Origin: Mizuhopecten yessoensis
Taxonomy: Eukaryota
Direction of reading: 5' to 3'
Length of the DNA: 64,000 nt
Assembly (NCBI RefSeq): GCF_002113885.1
Contig: NW_018405148.1
Span: 1 to 64,000 of the forward strand
Shown here: piece after piece, positions 37,040 to 51,803 of the stretch
How positions within the stretch are numbered: position 1 is the stretch's first letter
Layout: each line of letters opens with the position of its first letter
Notes under the pieces: model-generated
The model's database searches: none
Seen by the model: only the letters and a program-made list of their open reading frames with translations
Told to the model about the DNA's origin: nothing
Made by a program: the position numbers and the translations under genes

Positions 37040-37600
37040 CAACGATACCCCAGGCTAAAGATGTCAATTTTCGAATTTCAGTATAGAATCGTAAATTTTG
37101 GTTTTCAACATACCAGGGCATATTGCTATAGGTCTTGCGCCACTGTTTCACACATATACCACAACCGGGCATCTTCAAAGGTATTTCCACATGCAAAACG
37201 GCATCAACGATACTTCAGGCTAAATATGACCACTGTGCATCTTTTTCAATTTCAGTATAGAAAAGTTAATTGTTCGTTGTCAACATACCAGGGAATATTG
37301 TTATAGGTCCTGTGCCGCTTATTCACACCTATACCACAATCTGGCATCTTCAAAGGTATTCACATTCAAAACGGCATCAACGATACCCCAGGCTAAAGAT
37401 GCAAATCTTCGAATTTCAGTATAGAATAATAAATTTTCCACTGTCCATCTTTTCGAATTTCAGTATAGAATTGTTAATTTTTCGTTTTCAATAATCATGG
37501 CATACTTTTATGTCTTTTGTCGCTTTTTCACACATATTCCACAACTGGGCATTTTCAAAGGTATCCACATGCAAAACGACATCAACGATACCCAAGGCTA
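37040..37600. repeat. Array of ~170-bp units (truncated arm of the foldback-like element copy)
   Basis: GGCTAAA motif at ~37053, 37218, 37391 and 37596; same unit as 11991-12340. The opposite arm is at ~39890-40326. Confidence 0.85.
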
Positions 37601-40600
37601 AGGATTTTCGGGGTTTTTTGGTACATAATTTGTGTCCACAACGATGTCTCATTTGTTAACCTTGCTGAAAAGTTTTGTGTAACACCTTCTGATCCTTATT
37701 TTACTTGAGCAAGTCTAAAATGTCTTAATAATACCACACACATTTCTACGCACATATTATCTTAAAAGCATTGTTATTCTACATTTCAACTGCAGCGGGG
37801 AACAGCATTTTTCTCGCAGGGTTAACCGAACCAATATAAATTGAATGTCAGCTTTCATTCATCATATGAGTATTATTATACTCATAGTTACGGAACGAAT
37901 TCCTTAATTTAAGAACTACCTTCGTATACAACACCGCCGATTGGCTACTATATTTATCCATTGTTTCTCTGACGTCATTTCGTTCTCTTTGAATTCCAAT
38001 CTACGCAGTGAGCTTCTGTAGACTTGCTCACGTACATTCCTGATACTTTGCTGAATAGAACGTTCAGTGACAATAACCATTGCAGAATTTATTTTACAGC
38101 GAATGTGCTCTTTAACAATCAAAAGAAATATGATGAAAGGATTGAACTATTGATAAATGATAAATGATGTAAGTAGCCTAGTGATTTCTTCACACCATCC
38201 CGCTTGTCATTTGATCTAACTTCCCACTTATTTCCTAATTAAAAACGGTTCCTACATATGTAACTTACATTAAAATTGACTTTGACAATCATACCTATAT
38301 GTGTATACGGACGTTGGTCACTTCACTTTGTTAACAAATTATCGTGCCTTCACTGTTGATGTTATCAAATTAATACGATATCTTTTAAAACTCAGTTCTC
38401 TAGGTGCGAGATTTTATTTATTATCAACGTCTAGCGACCGCCCGGACATCTTAATTGTTAACGCATGAACACGAACAGATTTTAGAATTACTTGCCATAT
38501 GTTGCATTATTTTTTGTCGCCCAGAACGAAAACTCCAATGAATGGCAGTTTCAACATATACACGTACATCTGTACAGATCCCGTTAAAGGGTGTCAAATT
38601 TTCTCTTCCAGACCCTTCAAGACATCAAAATGAGATATTCGTGTAAACGGTCAATCGTTATTACCTATCAATCAAATGCTTAAACTGCATCACAAACATC
38701 TATCGTGTCTTCAAATCATCGCATAAGGAAAAGTTCTCTTATTTTGCATTGATATATTTCAAAAAACACAGAAAATAATATTTACATTGTTTATTACAAG
38801 TAGCAAAACTTTCAATAGAAAATACGAAGTAGAAATTTCATCATCGGTTTGCGTATTCTTGCGAGAGTTGGCTACAACTGTATCCGAGAGTTGGCAACTG
38901 TTGCTAGGGGAGATAAAAGACCAAAAATGCATGAAATACATTTGTTTTGGATTGTAATTTTATCTTTCCATTCAGATTTTGATATAACATACCGCATTTT
39001 GATTTTAGATAGTTCATAACCTAATTTGAAGGAATATTATACTTGCATGAAACTACGTTCAGGGATTAACTTACTACGAAATCTCAAACTTTCCGACAAA
39101 GCTCTGTAACTGAATACATCGTGGTATCAGGCTCACAGTGTATGTTTATTATCAAATGACTGGTACTAATTCCGAGACCTGATTGGATGAGCGACGTCAT
39201 GTGACGAGTCTGTAAATTTGTTACAGACCTCGTTCTATGAATAGAAAAGCGTTACATTCCTCGACCTATGAATAACAAGGTGTTACAGACCGCTACTAAA
39301 AAAGGCTTGGTTAATTTTCAAGCCAGTCTGTAAATCTAGTAAAAATCACACTACGGACGTTAACTACAAATGAATCATCTCATCCAACACTGAATTATGT
39401 GATGCTCTTGATGATGTCGATTGTGCAAATAAAGTTTATTTGAAATTGAATATCTCATGAATTGAATTGTGTAATGTTTAATGTGTTTCTTATTTTGTAT
39501 TTGAAGTCCTTCAATCTGTTTTCAAAAATTGTTCATGCCTACCATTTGATTATGACATGAAAAATAATCAATGTTATTCTAAAATGTCATAATGATACAA
39601 TTGTGGACTTCAGTTTCGGTCTATCCATGATTTATGGACCTGATATGAACAATAGTCACTTCGGCCTTCGTCTATAATTGTATATAGCATTGCATGAGAC
39701 ATACAACATGTTGGATATACCCAACCCTAAAACGTGTGGGGAAAATGGATGGCTATCTGGCAGTCATCTTGGATTTTAATCATGAATATTTTTTTTCTCA
39801 TAATGTCATAGAAGGCTACATAAATGCTGCAAAAGAGGGCTAACGATGTGCCCTTCCTGATTGAAAATAAAAATTTAGACCAAAATTAGACAAAGTGGGC
39901 ATCTTTAGCCTGGGGAATCGTTGATGCCGTTTTGTATGTCGGTACCTTAGAACATGAAGTACATGTGTGAAAAAGCTGCAAAGGTCCCAAAACAATATGC
40001 CCTGGTATGTTGAAAACAAGTAATTAACGATTATATACTGAAATTCGATAAGATGCCCTGTGGGCTTCTTTGGCCTGGGGAATCGTTGATGATGTTTTGC
40101 ATGTCGATACCCGCTTGTGGTATAGGTATGAAAAAGTGGCACAACACCCATAACAATGTACCCTGGTATGTTGAAAACGAAAACTGAAATGCCCAGTTGG
40201 CATCTCGATACGTTGGACATCTTTAGCCTGGCCTATCGCCTTTTGCCGTTTTTCTTTTGGATACATTATGAAAATGTCCAGTTGTGGTATAGGTGTTAAA
40301 AAGCGGTACAGGACTTATTATGTTACTATCATCTGAATGTCAAACTAGCCCAATATAGGTGACCAAGTTCACGCTGGGCTGGACAGTAATGAATGTGGTA
40401 TAATTGTAAGTGTTAACCAATTTAATATACACCTATTTATCACCTATACATTTTCTAGTATTTAACAGGAGAAATCATGAAAGGTATCAATGTTTGTGTA
40501 GGAAACGCTTACTGTTACGGAACACCAGGGCCCATTGTGCCTCCTTTTGTACTTCCATGTTTCTTCCATTTTCTGTTACTGGGTTTTCAAATAGACTTGA

Positions 40601-40656
40601 TGCTTGGGTGATGTGTATGATTTATTGTGTTCTATGTGTTCTATTTCACTATACAG

Positions 40657-40909
40657 GAGACGCAATGTTATACCATAGTGGCAAGAAGTTTTCCGCCAAC
40701 GATAGAAGGGCAGATGTTAACTGTGCAAGATCTGCCAGAGGAGGATGGTGGTATAGCGGCTGCCACCAGACCAATTTGAATGGAAAGTACACGACCATCC
40801 ATGTGTCCACTTTGTCAGAAAGTTTTATAACCTGGTGGTATGTCTCGGGACCCGTAAAAAAATACCACTAAAGAAGACTCGGAAGATGATACGTCCGGCG
40901 CGTGTCTAG
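40657..40909 (+). pseudogene. Orphan paralog of FReD exon 5 with a 1-nt frameshift
   Basis: atacag|GA GAC GCA ATG. An A7 run at ~40856-40862 replaces A8; restoring one A gives [20 protein letters not shown] see no exons 1-4 upstream on the + strand. Confidence 0.8.
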
Positions 40910-43146
40910 AACTCCGATCACGTATACGTTGTGTGAAAGCGCTGGTTTGTGTGTATGAATCGTGAGGTCGCGTTAGGGTCAATACAATTTCACACTTTGT
41001 ACATTAATGTGTAAAGCTTCTGCAATGGAAAGACTTGATCGATTCTATGAATTTTCAGAAATGAAAAATGAAGATGTTTGTGGATAAAGATGAAACGTTT
41101 TATACTCGAGGAGTCATGAAATGGACACCTGGTGATGAAAGACACGAAAGGCTGTAAATACCGAATGCTGTATTATTCGGTTCTACTTAGATCTGAGTGA
41201 GGATATTTATGCAGGCTTGCATTTTCGCTATTTTGACTACAATTGGGGAATTGAATTTACACGAATTAAAACTTCGCGATATAGGCATGTGAAGAAACTA
41301 CATTTCCTCAGTGTTTTTAGCACAGAGACGGGACGCTCGGCAAATAACGTGTCAACTAGTTAAACGAAGGGCTTTGCGGCGGCATATCAAGCAATGGCAA
41401 GTGATTATAGTCTGTTAAATATTTTAACATTGTTTTTTTTTCATACACCATTAATCTTTATGTATATAAATCATCACAACCACATGTGTGTTATCTCATG
41501 AAAATTATCATCGCTTGTCCTATTTTCTGCGGATCGTATTTTCACGAACACGTTATTGACCGGCAAAATCGCGAAATATCCTATCATACGATATTTTTAA
41601 TATATTTGATATTAAGTCATAGTAATTACTATGATATTTATTTTCTTAGTATATTGTTAAGAAAATGTGACTATATTTGAATACATATTATCACTTATCC
41701 AAGAACCAGTTGCTTGTTCTATCTGTGAGCATGGAAACGAAGTGAGGGATATTGAGCAAGGGAAAAGACAGGTGCTGTATCGCCGGTACCTGCATTTAAT
41801 TTAGAAACTGAACAAAAATTAAAAAACACAACTCCCCATGAATGTCATGCTCGTTAGAAATTATATTCCTGATATTGTAATGTTGATGTAAATTGTGTCA
41901 AGTATTATCCAGATTAGCCTTGTACTGAGTTGGAGAAGATAATGAAACTTTAAGCCCATGTATGATGAGGTGAGACCCTATGATGTACCGGTGTTGGCTA
42001 AGCTATATAAGCGCATATGTTGTTAATTTTTAGTTTTGCTACATTAGCATATATGTAATTTAGACATTTGGTCTTTTACTGAATACAATATTGATTATTC
42101 TTCGAAAAGTGTATCTTTGCTTCTGTGATAATTTTATTGAACAGTCCAAATGACCCTTTAATTGTTTATATATATTTAGTCTAATTATGGTAAGTTGATA
42201 AGTTCAACTACTTTTATGCCTATATATGCTAACTGTGATAATAACTTGAATGTTCATTTGTTTATAATTATATATATGTTTAACTAACTCTTTTATTTAC
42301 AAAGGACCCTGTGGAAGATTAGCTTTGCTAAACAGTTTTTTTTTTATCCTCAATAAATACATTTATTATTATTATCATTAAGACCAAATTACTTTAAAGT
42401 GGAACACTACCCGCTTACATAGTGTCCTCTACAGTTACGAACCAACACTGGAATGCAAACACGAGTTGAGTTGGTCTTGAGATAATGCGAAGCCGGTCAT
42501 GTTAATTTTGTCTTAAGAACAACTCAATTCATTACCCCACGTATTTAATTGTATGTGATAGATCTTGCAAACTCCGAAAATTTGAATTCATATTCACGGG
42601 CAATTTCAATCTGGTCAGTCCAACTTGAAAATAAAATGAAATATTTAGGGGAAATATTGAACAATTTGCTTAATTTCCTAGGAAAGTTGAATGAAGTATG
42701 TACGAAATATAAGGTTTTCTTAGCACGTGCCATTTCCCGGTTTTACATTCATCTGTCCGAGCTGACAGCATTCTCGCCTCCCTGGCACGAATATCTCATG
42801 TCAAATCCGGTATCACACATTGCCTGCATCCAGGTTTATAGTAAGTGTACCGTGTTTAGTGTAAATATATTTTGCATTTGTTTAAATTTATCCCACACTT
42901 CTTGCGAATAGGTACGGTTGCGGGTGGGTTTAAGTATCATAGGCATATTGACTATACACCTAGTTTTAATGTCGTTTTTGTTGCAAAGATACTGAAGTGT
43001 ATGTGTAGATGGTGAATTCCTCAAATACAGTCTTACCTGACAGAATGATTTGTCAAAGGTAACATCAGAAGAGGAGGATGATAATTTTAATGTCGAAATG
43101 TCTTCAAATATTTGATTTGGTAAATACAATTGGCATTTTTGTATCA

Positions 43147-43420
43147 GTGAGAGAGTGAGTATATGAGTGAGTGAGTGAGTGAGTGAGCTTGGAGAGTGAG
43201 TGAATGAAGGGTGAGAGTAAGGGAGTGAGGAGGGTTAGTAAGTGAGCGAGTTAGTGAGTGAGGAGGGAGAATGAGTGAATGTGTAAGTGAGAAGGGAGAG
43301 TAAGTGAGTGAGTGAATGAGCGATTGATTGAGCGATTGAGCGAGTTAGTGAGTGAGTGAGTGAGGAGGGATACTGAATGAGTGTGTGAGTGTGTGAGTGA
43401 GTGAGTGAGTGAGTGAGTGG
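43147..43420. repeat. Degenerate (GAGT)n microsatellite
   Basis: Runs of GAGT/GAGC/GAAT. Confidence 0.9.
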
Positions 43421-44095
43421 ACATCAGACAAATACAAAATAAATAAGGTGACATAAAAGACGATAAATAGTGAGACAACAAAAATGGAAAATATAATATC
43501 TGAAAAATGCTAAAAATAACAGGGCACTCCAAGCTTCCAGGATTTTTCCCATTCCAACATACTGGAAAGTGACGACTCCATGTTTTATAGACCTGTATTA
43601 AATAGATCAAATAACAAACATGAATTAATTGATATTAAAACTCCACGGAAGATGTCCGTTGTATCATACAACATCCACACTAAGGATATCTGAATATCAC
43701 CCAAAGACCTGAAATTGAGGACCACACAGAGAAGACTATCTTTTTACAAAAATCAAAGATGTTCTGGCAATGGTTCTGATAAACATCTCACAATAGTATA
43801 ATATTACACACACGCGACACTAACCCATTCAATAATCTAGCAAACAGGCAGAACCAGAAAACACATTTTGTTTTTTCCTAAGTCAGAGTAGTTTTAGTAA
43901 TTGGTAAACTATGGCACACTGAAAGATCACTTTAGGCCTTTTAGATGGAAGAAAATTTGAGTGGTTTTGTTTATATGTCATGATTTTGTTTGTACATAAA
44001 GTATACATATCATTAAATGTCATATTTTGTTCTGTTCGTAAATATTTTGTTATTACTGGAAAAGCGATTTAAAAGGTGCAATCTAAAATTATCCT

Positions 44096-44278
44096 GGGCC
44101 GCGATGGCCGAGGAGTTAACGCGTCTGACTATCAACGACCACAGGTCCTCCTACACTGGGTCGCGGGTTCGAGGCCTGCGTGGGACACCGTCCACATGTC
44201 GGTGGTTTTTCTATAGGTATTCCGGCTTTCCTCCACCAAAAGCTGACACGTCCTTAAACAAATAAGACCATACCAAAT
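44096..44278 (+). mobile_element. tRNA-derived SINE related to the one at 8749
   Basis: A box TGGCCGAGGAGTT, B box GGTTCGAGGCC, central GGTTTTTCTATAGGTATTCCGGCTTTCCTCCACC (resembles the V-SINE core) and 3' ACGTCCTTAAA. Confidence 0.75.
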
Positions 44279-46264
44279 ATGCCTCGTCTTTTCGCGCTAC
44301 ATATGGCAATGACATATATCGTTTATGACGACCAAAGGAAGATAACCCTTGAAATTTGTTTTCAGAAACGATTCAAAACAAGAGACAAATGGCCTAAAAC
44401 ATGGAGGGCTAACTTTTTTTATGCTCAAGTATCACTGTTAATTATCAAAGGATTTAAAAGGAAATCGATATAAAGGGCGTTTTTGTATGGTCGTGTTATC
44501 TGGAACACTTACAGTAGCAGTTGGTCTAATGAGCATACCTAGTAGCCCAAAGACATCACATTGTAGGCACACTATTAGCACATTTGTACATACAGGCATA
44601 AATGTAAGCATGCTCACGAGGACAAAGCTTCTCCAAAGCTAGTGCGCGCGTCCAACCGTTTACTGTTATGACGCGTCCTCGGGTTATTTGTATACAGGTA
44701 GCTCTATCGGAATCCCGTGACTAAGAATAGATTATTGAAAACAGACGAAATTAAGGCCATGGCTATTAATACATGCGTTTCACGATAAAGACTCGACAAA
44801 ATGCTTATTTTGCGTTATGCTGTATGAAACACAAGATCGTACAATCATTACCAACAAGTTTGAAAGGATCTCCTTATTTTTGTGCTGCAGTCTTTATGCA
44901 TTTAACACAAATGAGATTATCCTCAACGATGAATTTGCCCGCATATCTTTGCGATAATAACAGTTCTTTTTTTTTGCTTTGCCTTTTTTTATTCTGACGC
45001 AACAATCCCATATATTTTGTATTTCGGCATCATTTGTTTGTGTTTAAACTATAAATACCAATACTAATGGCAATTGGAGGGTTAAACAATTCATAAACAT
45101 TATTTAAAATGATGTCTTAACAACAAAATTAATCTGTACTGAACAAGCGTACAGGGATTTGTTGACATTATTCTACAGAAAGATAAATCAATAGGTATGT
45201 TATTAAAATATCAATAAAATGTTCCATTGATTTGAAAAATATTGATCACTTAATTAAGGAAAATTATCACATTCCTATTTATTTATTTTTTATCTGAATG
45301 TGGATTCGGACCTACACCCTTCCCTTCTTTTGGTCACAAGCTAAATGCGTTACGCATTGGGCTACATCGGACATAGACGAATACGTAAATACAAATTGTT
45401 TTAACCCAAGAAACATCTGTCGCAGTTTTAAGAAACTGGATCAACCCTGTTTTTCATTATTTTGAGCACTTTCCGAAAGGAGGACCACTTTTCTGTCATA
45501 CGATTTGTTTTTGGATATTACATCACGGAATCAAAAAGATAGTTCAAAAGTTGGTCCTCGGATGGGAAAGTATTTGTTAAAGTCTGGAAAACCCCGTCAC
45601 TTTCAGAGATATAGCGAATATAGCTATATGTCCAGTATTATATTAACAATACCGACTATCTCAACAGTTCATCAATTCATATGCAATTGGTTTTATATCT
45701 ATTCCATACTTTTTCCTACTAAAAGATATTTACTCATTAATATTTGTTTCCGTTTTAAAAAATGTCAACTTAGGGAAATACGGGTAGTTTTCCGCCATAG
45801 CTCTTTCAAAATAAATTTGTTAAAAATCAATGGTTTTATCACTTAATCTTCAAATTAAATAGGGTGTCATCTCACCTCCACACGACAAAATTCGTAAAAG
45901 AGGAATCTAAACCGAGGCCTTATTTTTCCAGTAAATGTGTTTACAAAGCCCTTTCCTCTTGCGCGATAGCATAAGCGGCTGGGCTTCGCCCACCACCGAA
46001 CAAAACAGTAACAATAACCAAGGACTTTGATAGCAGTGGGAAAACAACTTTTTTTTATAAATGTTTTTGTGTTTCAATTTCAAGGCACTTTGCGTTAACA
46101 GCCGTAGCGTATCATTGATGGTATCAAGTCATGTTTTAGTTCATTAATAATCCAAACGTACTTCCCACAAACAGACATTGTAACAGGTTCTGTGTCTAGC
46201 CGGATTTTATTGCTAAACACCTATCCCTGAGGAAATTAGTTTCATTAACACAATGTTCTTCCCT

Positions 46265-46560
46265 GGTTAGTCCCCGATACAGCAACGCAGACAGGGATAC
46301 GGTAATGCCATCTCTGTCCGTTTGTCCGAGTTGTGGTCCGGAGCAAATATCTCATTATTGAATCCATCATACTTTGTACGTAAAAACGTTTAAAAAGTAA
46401 AAAATCAGTCACTGTGACCTATATTTTGACCTTTGACCGTAGTTGAAAATGCAATGTCAGTGAAATACTGCTTGCCCGGTGTTTTCCGACACAAGTTTTC
46501 ACCTACAATCATCAGAGTTTGTATGCTGGTACATTTTGAGAAGGAGGAGTGTCACATAAA
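46265..46560 (+). mobile_element. Possible non-autonomous Helentron/HINE-like element end
   Basis: TTAGTCCCC start, a short GTCCGTTTGTCCG tract and TTGACCTTTGACC motifs. Pattern recognition only. Confidence 0.35.
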
Positions 46561-47565
46561 CAAATTTCATATGAAATTATTAAACGAGTTTAATAAATTC
46601 AATATTATATGAACACGAGTGTTAGATTCTATTTATTATCTAATTCGAGAAACATCCCTTCATAATTGTTCTCGATACGTACGTTTCCTTTAGGATAAAG
46701 CGACGATTGACGAAGGGCGCATTGCATGCGTAATGTTTGGAGCTCGCTGCACCACAAAAAGTAGTTTCAGAAACTTCTCCCTGAAAAACCGTTTAAATGA
46801 ACAAACTGATTTAGATTTATTTACATCAAAAAGTTTTAATAATGATCATAACAAAAATAATATTTGTTTTTACACTAAAAACTTTCATAAGGCCAAGCCT
46901 TCACTAAAATGAATTGAACGGCGCGTGCGATGTCAAGGTAAAGGTCATCACAATACACATCGAAGTCGGCACTTTTAAAAACCTTACGGGGACTGGGAGT
47001 CCCGGTCAATTTCGCTAACAAGGGCGCGTTTCTTGGGAAGGGGCCATTGTTGAATGTGGACCTCGATATTTCCGCCTGTCACTGAGCCGGAAAATGTACT
47101 GTGGAATCCGTCATGAACCTGGAACACTGATGAAGTTGGCCGGTTACACGTGGTCGCCATTGATTGTGTGTGTGTCAGATAAGTTGAAGCGGAATTTAAG
47201 CATGCAGCTGTTGAACTTGTGTGGAGTATCGGGGAGATCTCCTTGTGTTGATGTGTGTGAAGTATCGAGGAGATCTCCTTGTGTTGATGTGAGAATAGTT
47301 GTTTATGGATGAGAGATTATTACTTATTCATTGCAGTTTATATAACGTACGTCTCAATATTCAACATATAATGCACACATTCACTCTTACTTTTATGTAC
47401 AAAATATAATTTTAAAATTTGTCATGAAAATGGAACCATTCAGCACAGCCAGCGCAGTGATATCCTGGCACTATTCCAAACTTTCAGCTATTCAACAGTT
47501 CGTCACGTCCCGTGCTTAGTGGCTTTCTCCTTTTCATTCCATCCTTTCTGGAAAAGTCGTTTCGA

Positions 47566-49280
47566 CCGCACTGACTGTAACTGAATGGCCCATCACATGC
47601 CTATATTACTACTAATACAGTTGCTTATCCACTATCTTTAATCTTTCGTTCTTCTTTGGAGACTGAATCTTTCCCCAGACAATAGAAGCTTGCTCTAGTG
47701 ATGCCAATTTAAAACAAGGAGATAAACAAGACCCCTCAAATTATAGACCTATTGCATTGCTCAGTACTATTGGTAGGGTTTTTGAAAGATGAGTTGCTAA
47801 ACATTTACATAACTACATTTTCGAGGTCCGGTGTTCAGCCAGGTCATTCTACCATACACCAGCTTATAGAAATATATATATAGCAACCCACCTGTTTAGT
47901 CTTTGTGATATTTCTTAGGCATTCCATCGAGTGTGGCATACCGGGCTGGAGGTGAAAATAGCTAGTTATGGAATATCGGGTAAGTTATAGGAATAGATCT
48001 CAACAAGTATTTTTTGGAAATAGTAAATCCTCTTTTAAGACAACTAATGCAGTAGTACCTCAGGGTTCAGTCTTAGGGCCGTTGATGTTCATACTTTATA
48101 TTAATGATATAACAGATAATTTAGAAAGCTTATCAAAACGTTTTGCAAATGATACTTCTCTATTATGTTCAGATAAATCCCCACAAATATTAGAACAAAA
48201 AATTAATAATGATCTAAGAAATATTCAATTGTGGGCTGATAAATGGTTCCTGCAAAAATAGAGGCTTTACTTATTTCTAATATAGAACTAGATCACCCGA
48301 TTGAAATCGATTTTAATAATATCAGTATAGACTTTGTTGATAACCATAAACATCTGGGAGTATTCATCGATGCTAACTGGAGCTATCATATTGATAATAT
48401 TTGTAAATTAGTTGTTGCCGTAAATTGAAATATACTCTAAACCGCCGTACATTCAATAAGATATATAGATCGTTTAATCTCCCTATTTTAGAATATTGCT
48501 ATGAAGTTCGGGATGGTTGTACTCTTACTGATACAGATAAGTTAGAAAAGTTACAATTAGAGGCAGGTCGTATTGTCACCGGTTTACCTCCTTATGCTAG
48601 TAGACAATCTACATATACTGAAACGGGATGGGAATCCCTAGCCCACCGGAGGTCCCGTCGGAAACTGCAGTTGTTTTATAAATTCATCATAATATTACTC
48701 CTAACTATGTAAACACTCTACTCCCTCCCCTTGTCGAAAATGCCAATATAATCTTAGAAACGCCGAAAACTACAACCTGCTTATTAACAGACTGGAATCA
48801 GTTAACTTTAAGTATCAGGCATAGCTCCTCTCTTTCATCGTTTAAAAATGCCATTAGAGACAAACATTTGCAGCATGTACCCAATTAGTTTTTCTACGGC
48901 GATCGAAAAAATAACATCTTACATACAAAACTAAGAAACTGTTCTAGCAATTTGACAAACGATCGATTTCGAGTTAACCTGGTTGATGACCAACGTTGTA
49001 TGTGTGGCTACCCTATTAAAGACATCTTCCATTTCTTTTTTAACTGTGATAATTATGTTCAACAGAATACATCCCCTTTACATTGGATATACTTCTTTTT
49101 GGAGATATAACAATTTCGGAACAAGAAAACAAAATTATATTCGTGCATACTCAGCAATTTATACATGACTCGAACAGATTGTAATACCCCTTACCCCTCA
49201 AAATCGACATCTTTATTAATACATGTATCTTACTAATACTAGTAGATTGACAACACGAGTTGCAACATACAAATATATAA
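47566..49280 (+). mobile_element. Decayed CR1/L2-type LINE, duplicate of the 27.4-29.1 kb copy
   Basis: PSNYRPIALLS, VPQGSVLGPLMFILYINDI, FANDTSL, WADKW, HKHLGV, LQLEAGRIVTGLP. Confidence 0.9.
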
Positions 49281-50781
49281 ATATAATGAAGCCGTGTGTT
49301 TGGTCTTACTCTGTGCGGACTAGTTGAAACGGAAATACCAGCAAGTTCACATGGAGAAAGAACAACGACGTGGTCTGATATATATTTTCTTAAATTTACT
49401 GTATTGTTGCAGTACCTATCCAGTAATCTTTTATATCGGACTATCTAACCCCCTCTTACCTCTCTCTCCTCTCACTCTCACCTCCCCCTATATCTCCCTC
49501 TTCCTTTATCTACATGTACATGTAAGTATTTGTGCGCATGCGCGTGGCTGGGTGTGTGAATGTGTGAGTGTATGCATGTCAACCTAGTAATTATTTTATC
49601 ATATAAAGCTTATTGTCGTAGTTCTGCCACCNAGGCCAAAAACATGGAAACAAAATTGGTCTTAACTACTGTTAAAATAGAAAGCGTGTGTGAAAAACAC
49701 TTTAATTATGTGACTTTCAATAATTAGAGACCTACTTGTTAATTTCGAATGAATATAGAGTATAGTGTGTAGTCTATTAACCCTGCCAATACTGAAAAGA
49801 GTTAACTTGTGGCCATCTATGTTACGGCAAACGTCGTGGATTATGGTATCAACCAGCAGAGTCTACAACCTTGTATCCTGAAATCATGACAACGAATGGT
49901 CTTATGACAACAAAATCCTACATTTTCACCGCATTTCAGCTGTTTTATGTAATTTATCATGACAGCAAACATTATTACATAGTACATGTATATATCAATG
50001 ATCGTTATAACATGTGCAGGCCGACATTAACAATTGATCAATAGGGGTTTCACTAGTGAAGGGCAAACATTTGACGGGGCGGAAAGTTTTAGTTTCTCGT
50101 AAGTCAAGGACCCGTATTCATGAAACCGTTCTCATGATCAAAATCTGTTATTTTGCTCTAGCTCAATTTCTTGTTCAGGTAATAAACAGTAAAAATCAAC
50201 ATTTTCCCAATAATTTAATATTCACACTTTTGGTTGTGTCCTAGGATTTAAGCGAGCTGCAAAAACATCGATTTCAGCACAGAATCCATGCTTTAGCGTG
50301 AGAACAGATGTATGAATACGGCTCTTGACGTTATTTACTGTTTGTTTTAACGTGTTTTGTTTATCGGATAAAGCAGAGTGAATGCAGAAGGATAACGTAG
50401 TTGTTTTGTGTGGTAACAAAAACATTTACGGAAATTCAAACGTGTTATGCCGAAAGAAACATTTGTGATGTAATATTTACTTATGAATAGAAAAAAAAAT
50501 TGTGACATAGATGTTACGAATCTTACGGATCATACAAACTTTGTTGTTATGACATTTAGTTTGGTTTGGTTTGATTTTGTTTAACGTCTATTAACAGTTA
50601 TGACCATTTAAGGACATGCCTCCATGTGTGTAATGCACACGTACATGTGTGTATGTGTGCTGGATGGAGGAAATGCTGGTGTTTTGCTTCATTGTGATGT
50701 TTGGTGCAACGCATTTTTAAGGATAATGATGTACTTATGCTGTACTTATAGAAAATGCAGACACATATGACATATATTTAC

Positions 50782-50956
50782 CAGTGCACGTGTATGACAC
50801 GGCGGTCCATGATCTGCTAGCTTGGCAGGTGACGGACGATGTTCCCCCAGCTATGTAGCCTGTGACACACGTGAAGGTTACGTTCTATTACGGTACCTAC
50901 CGTCTTCTGAGTTGACGAAGGGGACGCATTTGTCACGGACGGCGGAGTGGGGCACG
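50782..50956 (-). pseudogene. Decayed sushi/CCP exon, paralog of 26632-26806
   Basis: Same 7-nt frameshift. Keeps CQASRSWTAVSYTCT and donor G|gtaaat, but the acceptor AG is lost. Confidence 0.8.
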
Positions 50957-51758
50957 AGGAAGTAATCAGGAGATGAGATCAGCTTGTTTGGCTTTTCTGG
51001 GTAGATTGTAATGTGGAAAATCAGTAATTTAACGCAATGTCTTTCTGTTATAGCACTGCATCCAGTCAACTTTTCATTACGGACCTTTGCTGAGGTGAAT
51101 GCGTGATTGTATGTACCAGAGAAAGCGATATTCACAGAGACAAAGTTTCCAGAACCCGTTTTTCATGAAACTTTTTCTTATACTCAAACTCAGATATTGT
51201 GCTCAAGCCCATTTTCTTGTTTCCGTGATGGATTGATAATATAATCCTATTTTGTCAATGATTTACAAACATTTTATCGAAAGTTTGCACTTGACTTTTG
51301 GCCATGTTATACGATTTAAGCGAGTTCTAAGAAAGATGGCTACACCACAGAATTCATTCTTGAGCATTCTTGTGCCCTCAAGTCAAAAACAAATATTTAC
51401 TGAAATCTTTTAATGTTATATTACAAAACATAGGCAAATAGAACAAACAAACCTGCATTTGACAGCGAAAATGGTTGTGTTACAATAGTAGTGACGCCTT
51501 AAAGTGAATATGAACCTGATGTTTCTAAAAATAGTAACAGTGAGTTAGTATAATAAATTATCAACCTACACGTGATAATTATTCAACCAATGATGATCTA
51601 GGGAAAAATTATGTCATGAAATAAAATCATATATTGAATTAACAAAAATCATTACCTGTATATTAGAAATAACTTGTACGATAAAATTATGTATTTTCAT
51701 TTTGGAAAATATTAATATATTTTTGAGACGCAATATAAATTCATGTAATTGTCCTTAC

Positions 51759-51803
51759 CACATGTAAACGTTGGAGTTGTACATAGACCATTATTTTGAC
51801 AAT
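51759..51803 (-). pseudogene. 3' remnant of another sushi exon
   Basis: CQNNGLCTTPTFTC G|gtaagg, nearly identical to the end of 52348-52512; the 5' part is missing. Confidence 0.7.

Larger units (their letters stand above)
37040..42092. repeat. Segmental duplication block A' (inverted copy of 10228-16017)
   Basis: Reverse-complement colinearity with block A; lacks the Gypsy fragment. Confidence 0.95.

Noticed and set aside
42545-43130. Overlapping 60-120-aa ORFs in the unmatched region
   Set aside because: No recognisable motifs or splice structure; possibly old transposon debris but unassignable by eye.
43251-43610. THSL-repeat ORF
   Set aside because: Translation of the (GAGT)n microsatellite.
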